DNA of 64,000 nucleotides from Candidatus Dormiibacterota bacterium. Its GTDB lineage: Bacteria; Chloroflexota; Dormibacteria; Aeolococcales; Aeolococcaceae. The notes under the pieces were generated by a model. That model was not told the origin of the DNA. It did no database searches and saw nothing but the letters and a program-made list of their open reading frames with translations. Positions 56,928 through 64,000 of the stretch are shown here, piece by piece. The stretch lies in contig PLZA01000065.1 in assembly GCA_003153505.1 (NCBI GenBank), positions 29,031-93,030 on the forward strand. The letters run 5' to 3'. Every line of letters starts with the position of its first letter. Position 1 is the stretch's first letter. A program made the translations under genes and the position numbers.

Positions 56928-58051
56928 TATCCGCAGTTGATCGCGACGAGCTTGCCCAGTGCGCGCGGATCGCGTCCCGCTCGTTCGATGGCTCGCCGGC
57001 TGAGCCGCGGCGACTGTGCCAGGAAGAGCGCGAGTTGGGTGACGCGCCGCCGTTCGCGCACCACGCGTTCGTGGTCGATCGTGTAGCGAGTTGCGGCATC
57101 AGCGCGGGACGTCCGGCCGCCGAGGAAATCGACGAGGTGCTCCGCGACGCGTTCGGCAAGGAGCATCCCCACCGCGATGCCATCCCCCGTCGTCGGGTCG
57201 TCGTACCCGGATGCGTCACCGACAAGAAAGACGCGACCGTCCCCGGGCGTGCGCACCCGCTGATGGAACGACGCCGCGCCGAGCGGTCCTGACACCAGGT
57301 CGGAGTCGCGGAGGCTCGGGACCTCTCGACGCGCGACGCTCGCGTAGTCCCGCGCGCGCATCGGCTGGGCTCGGCCGGTGAGAATCGACACCAGCAGCAG
57401 GCCCGGTCCGACGGGAGCCTCGTACCACTCGTGACCGCGGGCGAGGGTCACCGTGACGGCGTCCCGTCCGCTTTCCTCGACGCGCCAATGGCCGGCGAGC
57501 CCGTAGCGAAGCCGCGCGTTTGATGGCGCCCTCAGCCCGGCCCAGGCACGGACCTGGGAGTGCAGACCGTCGGCACCGACGACGATGCGCGCCTGGATCG
57601 CCTCAGCCGTGGTGCTCACGCCGATCACGCTGCCCGCCCGATCGCGGATCAGCCCGGTGACTCGTTCGGCCTCCCGGACGGTGGCACGGGGCTCTCGGCG
57701 TACGGCGTCGACGAGCACGGCGTCGAAGCTGGTGCGGCGAACGCCAAGCCCGGCCGCCGGCCCGCCGTCCGGCGGGGCGGGGAACGGTACGTGGACCCTC
57801 GGCCCGGGCCCGGGCTGACGGTAGGTCACTCCCCGGATCGGCTGTGCACCGGTGGCCAGGACGGGGTCATACAGTCGCATTTTTCGGAGTACCGCCACAC
57901 CTGGGGGCATGACCCCTTCGCCGCATGCCTTGTCGCGCGGAAAGCGCGCGCGATCGACGAGCACCACGTCGTGACCGCTCCTCGCGATGAGGAGCGCGGT
58001 TGTTGCCCCGCTTGGGCCCGCGCCCACCACCACGACCTCGGTCTCGGTCAC
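56873..58051 (-). CDS. FAD-dependent monooxygenase/oxidoreductase (geranylgeranyl-reductase-like)
   Basis: Dinucleotide-binding motif VVVVGAGPSGATTALLIARSGHDVVLVDR is present. GTG start. The 3' end overlaps the convergent ICMT gene by 55 bp. Confidence 0.75.
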   Translation of the reverse strand: MTETEVVVVGAGPSGATTALLIARSGHDVVLVDRARFPRDKACGEGVMPPGVAVLRKMRLYDPVLATGAQPIRGVTYRQPGPGPRVHVPFPAPPDGGPAAGLGVRRTSFDAVLVDAVRREPRATVREAERVTGLIRDRAGSVIGVSTTAEAIQARIVVGADGLHSQVRAWAGLRAPSNARLRYGLAGHWRVEESGRDAVTVTLARGHEWYEAPVGPGLLLVSILTGRAQPMRARDYASVARREVPSLRDSDLVSGPLGAASFHQRVRTPGDGRVFLVGDASGYDDPTTGDGIAVGMLLAERVAEHLVDFLGGRTSRADAATRYTIDHERVVRERRRVTQLALFLAQSPRLSRRAIERAGRDPRALGKLVAINCGYQTFRDVTAREWLLLAGI

Positions 58052-58133
58052 GCAGGGACTGTCGCAGAACGACGTCGCAATGGGCGTTCGGCAGCGGACC
58101 GCATGCGACGGACCCCGGGTGGATGATGCATCC

Positions 58134-59366
58134 GTGAACTTCCTCTCGGGACTGCATGGCGCCGTCGCCCTGGCCCTGCTCCCAGCGCTGCTGTTCGCGG
58201 AGGAGGCAGGGGTCCCACTGCCGTTCGCCCCGGGGGAGCTGACCCTGCTGGTCGCGGGCCTGCTAATCGCCTCGGGTGGCCTCAATCCCTATGCCTTCAT
58301 CCCGCTCTCATTGGTCGCCTGCATTGCCGGGTCGCTGGTCGGATACAGCTGGGCCCGTGCCGTCGGCGACCGTGGTCTCAAGGGGCTCGCCCGCCGTCTT
58401 CGCCAGCAGCGCAACCTCGAGCGGGTCGAGGAGCGGCTTCGTGCCGCCGGATGGAGAGGCATCGCCATCAGCCGGCTGATTCCCGGCCTGCGCATCTACA
58501 CCACGCTGGTCGCCGGAGCCGTGCGAGCTCCGCGACGGTCATTCGTCCTCGCCATGGTCTCGTCGACGGTGGTCTGGGTCGGGGTCTACGTAGCTCTGGG
58601 AATCCTCATCGGCGTGCCGGTGGAGCACTTCCTCGATCAGCTTCAGAAGCTCGCCGTCCAGGGCGCCATCCTCATCGTGATGGGTGTCGGCTGCTACCTG
58701 GCGGTGCGCAAGACTCCGTCGTCATCCGGAGCCGGCCTCGTCCGGGTGCCCCGCTGGGTTCGAGTCGTCCTGGCCGCTCTGGTCGACATCGGCGTCGTCG
58801 CGAGCATCGTCACCGGGCTGCTCGCGCTCGGCCGCCTGCTCGGGGTCGGTTTCGGCAGCGGCTGGGTGGACGGGGTCGTCGTCCTCCTCGTCGTGGGAGC
58901 GTTCTACGTGATCGTCGCCAGGCGGAGCGCCGGGGCGACCGCCGGCGAGGTGTTGCTCCAGACGAGCTACATCAGCGGTCACGGCCTGCCGCTCAAACCC
59001 CGCGCCGCGCTCGAGGCGGTCCGCTCCCTGGTGACCAGGTCGGACGACGAGCTGACCGCCACCGGTGACCTCCTCCACGCCCTGGGCGATCCCGACCGGC
59101 TGCGGATCGTGACCCAGCTGCTGGACCGACCGCGGACGCTCGACGAGCTCGCCTCGCGCTCGAATCTCTCGGCCTTCGAGATCAGGCATCAGCTGGATCG
59201 ATTCCGGTCGAGCGGCGTCCTCGTGATCAGCGGACAGGAACCGGATGCGACCTACGCGATCCGCGCCGATCTGGGCCACGTGCTCGTACAGCTGCTGGCC
59301 ATCGTGGAGGCGACAACTGCCTCAACCGCGGCGCAGGAGGCCGCGCCCAAGCCGGCGCAGGTATAG
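58134..59366 (+). CDS. DedA (VTT-domain) membrane protein fused to a C-terminal ArsR/SmtB-type winged-HTH
   Basis: N-terminal DedA core (LPFAPGELTLLVAGLLIASG..ISRLIPGLRIYTTLVAG), extra TM helices, then an ArsR-type HTH. Start could be the ATG at 58080. Confidence 0.7.
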   Translation: MNFLSGLHGAVALALLPALLFAEEAGVPLPFAPGELTLLVAGLLIASGGLNPYAFIPLSLVACIAGSLVGYSWARAVGDRGLKGLARRLRQQRNLERVEERLRAAGWRGIAISRLIPGLRIYTTLVAGAVRAPRRSFVLAMVSSTVVWVGVYVALGILIGVPVEHFLDQLQKLAVQGAILIVMGVGCYLAVRKTPSSSGAGLVRVPRWVRVVLAALVDIGVVASIVTGLLALGRLLGVGFGSGWVDGVVVLLVVGAFYVIVARRSAGATAGEVLLQTSYISGHGLPLKPRAALEAVRSLVTRSDDELTATGDLLHALGDPDRLRIVTQLLDRPRTLDELASRSNLSAFEIRHQLDRFRSSGVLVISGQEPDATYAIRADLGHVLVQLLAIVEATTASTAAQEAAPKPAQV

Positions 59367-59375
59367 GCGAATCCT

Positions 59376-60395
59376 TCAGAAGGCCCCAACGATCAGGGCG
59401 CAGACCGCCGCCATGAGAGCGGTCGCCGGAATGGTGAGCACCCACGCGACGAGAATGTTTCGCGCTACGCCCCATCGCACCGCGCCGAGTCGTCGTGTCG
59501 CCCCCGCCCCCATCACCGATCCCGACACAACGTGGGTCGTGCTCACCGGCAACGCGAGTTGGGTCGCGCCCTGGATCACCACCGCAGCCATGGTCTGAGC
59601 GCAGAAGCCATCGACCGGCTCGAGGCGAATCACTCGCATGCCCAGGGTTCTGATGATTCGCCACCCGCCCGCGTACGTCCCGAATCCGATCGCTGTCGCC
59701 GCCAGGAGGACCACCCAGAGTGGGGGTGAGGGAAATTGCTTGCCACTTGCGGAGATGACGCCCGCGCTGACCAGGGCAAGCGTGATCACGCCCATCGTCT
59801 TCTGGGCGTCGTTGGCTCCGTGCGAGAACGACACGAAGGCACCAGAGGCGATCTGCGCCATGCGAAATCGCCGGTTCATGGGGCTCGGCTGCGCATGCCG
59901 GAAGACGTCGAGGGTGAGGCTGGTGAAGAGATATGCGAGCACGAGCCCGATGAGCGGTGACGCGACGAGCGCGATCACGACGGGGACTACCGAACCCCAC
60001 TTCACCGCGGCGAAGCCGTACGCGACCACCCCCATGCCGACAAGTGCACCGATCAGCGCGTGCGACGAACTGGACGGTAGGCCGAGGCGCCAGGTGATGA
60101 GGTTCCAGATGATCGCGCCCACAAGCGCGGCGATGATCATGCCGAGGGAGACACCGTGCTTCGGGGCCACCAGCCCGCCGATGGTGTTGGCAACGTGGGT
60201 ATGCAGGATCTCGATGGCGATCAGGGCACCGAGAAGATTGAAGGCGGCCGACATCGCGACCGCGGTTCGCGGGCCGAGCGCCCGCGTGCTGATCGACGTC
60301 GCGACAGCATTCGCGGTGTCGTGAAACCCGTTGGTGAAATCGAATCCGAGCGCGATCACCACGGTCGCGATCAGGAGCGCATCGATGCCCGTCAC
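59376..60395 (-). CDS. inorganic phosphate transporter (PiT family)
   Basis: The PiT signature GFDFTNGFHDTANAVATSI is present near the N-terminus and repeated in the C-terminal half. Confidence 0.9.
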   Translation of the reverse strand: MTGIDALLIATVVIALGFDFTNGFHDTANAVATSISTRALGPRTAVAMSAAFNLLGALIAIEILHTHVANTIGGLVAPKHGVSLGMIIAALVGAIIWNLITWRLGLPSSSSHALIGALVGMGVVAYGFAAVKWGSVVPVVIALVASPLIGLVLAYLFTSLTLDVFRHAQPSPMNRRFRMAQIASGAFVSFSHGANDAQKTMGVITLALVSAGVISASGKQFPSPPLWVVLLAATAIGFGTYAGGWRIIRTLGMRVIRLEPVDGFCAQTMAAVVIQGATQLALPVSTTHVVSGSVMGAGATRRLGAVRWGVARNILVAWVLTIPATALMAAVCALIVGAF

Positions 60396-61012
60396 GCGTT
60401 CTTGATGATGATGCCTTCGATAACGTTGGCCACGTCCTCGCAGCGATCCAGCGAGTCCTCGAGCAGCGTGTAGAAGTCCTTGAGCTTGATGATCTCGACG
60501 GCGTCGTACCCGCCGCGAAACAGCTCCCCGATTGCCCTCCGCGACTCGGTGTCGCCGACGTTCTCGATACGGTGGACTTCGATGCCGTGTTCACGCACCC
60601 CGGCCTTCGCCTCGAGCTTGGATACCGCAGCCTGAATCTGGCCGGCGGCAGCGACGATCAGTCCGGCCATCGATTTCGCCGCCGCCGAGATATCGCTGAT
60701 GCCATAGAGAATGATCGTCTCCGCGATTTCATCGATGTAGTCGAGCACGTCGTCGAGGCCCGAGCTGAGCGCGTAGATATCCTCACGATCGAAGGGTGTG
60801 ATGAACGTCCGGTGGAGGGTCTGGATGATCTCGTGGGTCACCTCATCGCCGGCGTGCTCGAGATCCTTGATCGCCGTCTGGTGCGCGGGCATCGACGCGA
60901 TATCGTCATCGAACGCATCCCGAAGCAGCTGCGATGCGGCGACGACGTTACCCGCCTGGCGATCGAACAGCTCGTAGAAACGCCGTTCCCGGCGCAGAAG
61001 ACTGATGGGCAT
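60392..61012 (-). CDS. DUF47/PhoU-like phosphate transport regulator
   Basis: 206 aa helical protein encoded immediately upstream of PiT with overlapping stop/start. MPISLLRRERRFYELFD is a DUF47-type N-terminus. Confidence 0.85.
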   Translation of the reverse strand: MPISLLRRERRFYELFDRQAGNVVAASQLLRDAFDDDIASMPAHQTAIKDLEHAGDEVTHEIIQTLHRTFITPFDREDIYALSSGLDDVLDYIDEIAETIILYGISDISAAAKSMAGLIVAAAGQIQAAVSKLEAKAGVREHGIEVHRIENVGDTESRRAIGELFRGGYDAVEIIKLKDFYTLLEDSLDRCEDVANVIEGIIIKNA

Positions 61013-61374
61013 GGACGCGCAGATCCTACTCGAAGGACCCTAAGCGCGATCGTCCGGAGGCGTCCATCAGCGATTCACCCCGCGAGTCGGGATGCGGTGC
61101 AAACAGGTCACGCCGTTCGGCGGCAGCGCGCGGTGCGACGCGCAGGTCACCCGCGCGCAACAAGACTCCGAACCCTTTCGTGGTCGAGCCCTGGGCGGGC
61201 GAATCTTTGCACTGGCCCTGCCCCGGGCCGATCGCCAGGTCAAATGCGGAGAGGGGTCCCGCGGGGGATTGACAGATCGCAGACGTCACAACGCCGCCGG
61301 GACCCGAGGCCGTCCCGGCCGGCCATCAGTGGCAACGTCGTCCCATCCTGAGCCTGCTCGTTCGCGCCGCGGTC

Positions 61375-62988
61375 GTGGTCATTCCCGCCGGCGTCGGGAT
61401 CACGGCCGGAGTGGTGATCAGCCGTGTGCTCCCGCGGCCAGATGGATTCGGCGCGGCCGCGCTGTCGTTTGCAGCCGTGAGCCTGGTGATGCTCGTGACG
61501 ATCATCGCGCTCGAGCGCGCCGGTCGTCGTCTCCTGCCGCTCGCCGCACTGCTCAACCTGTCGTTGCTCTTTCCGGATCGAGCGCCCAAGCGATTCGCGG
61601 TCGCTCGCCGGGTCGGGAAGCCACGCGACCTGCAGCGCCGGCTCCAGGAGGCGCGCGACAAAGGAGTGACGGGTGGCGAGGTGGCGCACATGCAGACGGT
61701 GCTGGAACTCGTTGCGGCGCTGAGCGTGCACGACCGCCAGACGCGTGGACACTCCGAGCGAGTGCGCGTGTTTGCGGACCTCATCGCTGACGAGATGAAG
61801 CTCGCCCCCGGTGATCGCGCCCGTCTCCGCTGGGCCTCCCTGCTCCACGACATCGGCAAATTGGTGGTCCCTGCCGAGATTCTGTCGAAGCCGGCGAAGC
61901 TCAGCCACGCCGAGATGGAGAACGTCCGCCGCCATCCCGATGAAGGCGCTCGGCTCATCGGGCCCCTGAGCGCATGGCTCGGCGAATGGGCAGGCGCGGT
62001 GCCCCACCACCACGAACGCTTCGATGGTCGCGGCTATCCGCGCGGTCTCGCAGGCGACCAGATCTCGCTTGCCGGTCGCATCGTCGCGGTCGCCGACTCG
62101 TACGAGGTCATGACTGCGATGCGCCCATATCGCAAGCCGGTCAGCGTGTCCGCAGCGCGGCAGGAGCTGGTCGAGTGTTCAGGAGCGCAGTTCGATCCCA
62201 TCGTGGTTCGCGCGTTTCTCAACATCTCCATGGGCCGCCTGTGGCGCGTCGTCGGTCTTGGTTCGTGGATCGCGCAACTGCCGCTGATCGGCTGGGTCGA
62301 TCGCCTGGGATGGAACTGGGGGGCTGCGATCATGTCGGGCACGACTGCGCTCGGCCTGACAGCGCCGGGTCTGATCCCGAGCGCCCCGCCGTCCGCAAGC
62401 CCGACCTTCGGCATTTCGGTCGTCTCGAGCGGCGGTACAACTGCGCGGACAAACCCTGGATTGGGTGCCGGCGCACCGGATGGCACCACGGGGAGTGCAC
62501 CGTCAGGGCAGACCACGACGACGCGTCCCGCGGGGGGAACCACGGGACAGTCCGGAGGCAGTCCGGGTGGCGGTGGTGCGCCCGCCTCAACCCCGCCGTC
62601 ACCTGCCCCGTCACTGTCGCCTCCGACGCCGGGTTCCACCCCCATAACGCCGACGCCGTCCCCGACTCCACCGCCAACAGCGACGCCCACGCCGCCTCCC
62701 GATCTTCCACCGGTCGTGACCGTCAACCCGGGCGGCCTCGTCGCGCTCGGTCTCTACAGGAACGGCTCGGGAGGCTTTACGGACGCCGACTTCGCCGGCC
62801 ACACGTTCACCGCGACGGTGAACTACGGCGACGGGAGCCCGACGGTGCCGCTCGCGTTGAGTGGGGCGACCTTCGTCCTGGCGCATAACTACAGCACCAT
62901 CCTCGCGACATACACCGTGACCGTCACGGTCACCGACAACGACGGTGTGTCAGGTACCGGGACGACCACTGTGACCGTGATCTTCTAG
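61375..62988 (+). CDS. membrane-anchored HD-GYP phosphohydrolase with C-terminal PT-rich linker and PKD-like domain
   Basis: Two N-terminal TM helices, an HD motif (LLHDIGK) and a GYP motif (HHERFDGRGYPRG). Further hydrophobic segments precede a Pro/Thr/Ser linker and a PKD signature. Confidence 0.8.
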   Translation: MVIPAGVGITAGVVISRVLPRPDGFGAAALSFAAVSLVMLVTIIALERAGRRLLPLAALLNLSLLFPDRAPKRFAVARRVGKPRDLQRRLQEARDKGVTGGEVAHMQTVLELVAALSVHDRQTRGHSERVRVFADLIADEMKLAPGDRARLRWASLLHDIGKLVVPAEILSKPAKLSHAEMENVRRHPDEGARLIGPLSAWLGEWAGAVPHHHERFDGRGYPRGLAGDQISLAGRIVAVADSYEVMTAMRPYRKPVSVSAARQELVECSGAQFDPIVVRAFLNISMGRLWRVVGLGSWIAQLPLIGWVDRLGWNWGAAIMSGTTALGLTAPGLIPSAPPSASPTFGISVVSSGGTTARTNPGLGAGAPDGTTGSAPSGQTTTTRPAGGTTGQSGGSPGGGGAPASTPPSPAPSLSPPTPGSTPITPTPSPTPPPTATPTPPPDLPPVVTVNPGGLVALGLYRNGSGGFTDADFAGHTFTATVNYGDGSPTVPLALSGATFVLAHNYSTILATYTVTVTVTDNDGVSGTGTTTVTVIF

Positions 62989-63012
62989 AAATAGACCCTC
63001 ATAGGCCGCCGT

Positions 63013-63018
63013 ATAATT
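63013..63018 (+). promoter_or_regulatory. candidate -10 hexamer TATAAT upstream of xylA
   Basis: A perfect TATAAT lies 83 nt upstream of the xylA GTG. No convincing -35 was found. Confidence 0.2.
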
Positions 63019-63100
63019 GCGGGTACCCACGCCAATTGCGATGGCTCTGCGGCACCTCTGAACATGTCGAGGATGCTGGCGGGCCCGCGAGGAGGACGCT

Positions 63101-64000
63101 GTGCTGCAGGCGAGTCGCGCCGATCGTTTCTCATTCGGACTCTGGACGGTTGGCTGGCAAGGCGTTGATGTTTTCGGCACCGCAGTGCGCGCGCCGCTCG
63201 ACGCCGAGGTGGCAGTCGCCCGGCTCGCTGAGCTGGGTGCATACGGCGTGAGCTTTCACGACAACGATGTTTTCCCGTTCGATGCCTCGGCTGCTGAAAA
63301 GAGCAAGGCAATCGAGCGTTTGCGTCGTGCCATCGACAGCGCCGGCCTCGTGGTCCCGATGGTGACCACCAACCTCTTCTCGCATCCGGTGTTTCGTGAT
63401 GGAGCGTTCACGGCGAATGATCGCGAGGTCCGTCGTTTCGCGTTGCGCAAGGTCGCCGACAACCTCGATCTGGCGGCCGAGCTCGGCGCAGGAATCGTTG
63501 TCTTCTGGGGCGGTCGCGAGGGCGCCGAATCGGGCGCCGCAAAGGATGTTCGTGCTGCGCTCGACCGGTACAAGGAGGCCTTCGACATCCTCACCGGCTA
63601 TGTCATCGAACAGGGCTACGCCATGCGCTTTGCCATCGAGCCCAAGCCCAATGAGCCGCGTGGCGACATCTTTCTTCCCACCGTCGGCCACGCGCTGTCG
63701 TTCATCAACGCGCTCGAGCACTCCGAGATGGTCGGGCTCAACCCTGAGGTCGGCCACGAGGAGATGGCAAGCCTCAACTTCGCCCACGGACTCGCGCAAG
63801 CCCTCTGGCACGGCAAGCTGTTTCACGTCGACCTCAACGGACAGAACGGGCCGAGATACGACCAGGATCTGCGCTTCGGTGCCGGGAACGCGCGGGGCGC
63901 CTTCTGGACGGTGGATATCCTCGAGTCGGGCGGCTACCAGGGACCGCGCCACTTCGACTTCAAGCCCCCACGCACCGAGGATATGGACGGGGTCTGGGAG
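63101..64000 (+). CDS. xylA: xylose isomerase (3' end beyond the window)
   Basis: A GGAGGA SD lies 5 nt before the GTG. My full translation matches actinomycete XylA along its length. The ORF track missed it because it has no ATG start and no stop within the window. Confidence 0.9.
   Translation, partial: MLQASRADRFSFGLWTVGWQGVDVFGTAVRAPLDAEVAVARLAELGAYGVSFHDNDVFPFDASAAEKSKAIERLRRAIDSAGLVVPMVTTNLFSHPVFRDGAFTANDREVRRFALRKVADNLDLAAELGAGIVVFWGGREGAESGAAKDVRAALDRYKEAFDILTGYVIEQGYAMRFAIEPKPNEPRGDIFLPTVGHALSFINALEHSEMVGLNPEVGHEEMASLNFAHGLAQALWHGKLFHVDLNGQNGPRYDQDLRFGAGNARGAFWTVDILESGGYQGPRHFDFKPPRTEDMDGVWE

Overview
This is a 64-kb stretch of a high-GC (about 70%) bacterial chromosome that is densely coded on both strands. 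Gene content and order point to an actinobacterial-type organism: hemA-hemC-hemD-hemB plus hemL, a Streptomyces-like xylose isomerase, rph-rdgB, tatA/tatC and murI. Most of the window is core metabolism and housekeeping.

The main blocks, in order:
- 1-2519: a NitT/TauT-type ABC transporter (5'-truncated substrate-binding protein, ATPase, permease).
- 2516-7006: PduO adenosyltransferase, trxB, serine protease, SDR, rdgB, rph.
- 7036-8123: tatC and tatA.
- 8166-14160: the heme block (hemL, membrane cyclophilin, hemB, hemD, hemC, hemA).
- 15128-16957: tandem small membrane proteins.
- 22101-25487: an ECF sigma / Rieske-domain anti-sigma / Tat-signal small protein / DUF4331 operon.
- 25591-33505: a putrescine/GABA-type catabolic cluster (two class-III aminotransferases, aldehyde dehydrogenase, APC permease, FAD oxidase, regulator).
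- 34500-39330: a gene-poor, partly lower-GC accessory segment holding tRNA-Leu(UAA) and tRNA-Cys(GCA) that I folded by hand, plus several small hypothetical proteins.
- 41481-48904: RarA, stomatin/NfeD, a ferric-reductase-like membrane protein with ApbE, and a DUF1501/DUF1800 pair.
- 49098-53536: a catabolic cluster (SCP2, DUF971, enoyl-CoA hydratase, FAD oxidase, TPP enzyme).
- 54204-55118: a deletion scar leaving 5'-truncated RpiR and SDR fragments.
- 55213-58051: a type III PKS + ICMT methyltransferase + FAD monooxygenase trio (srsABC-like).
- 58134-64000: a DedA-ArsR fusion, PiT/DUF47, a membrane HD-GYP-PKD protein and the 5' part of xylA.

I found no CRISPR array, transposase or integrase. 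Family and product names are recognised from motifs by eye, not from searches. Start codons are approximate where several in-frame candidates exist.
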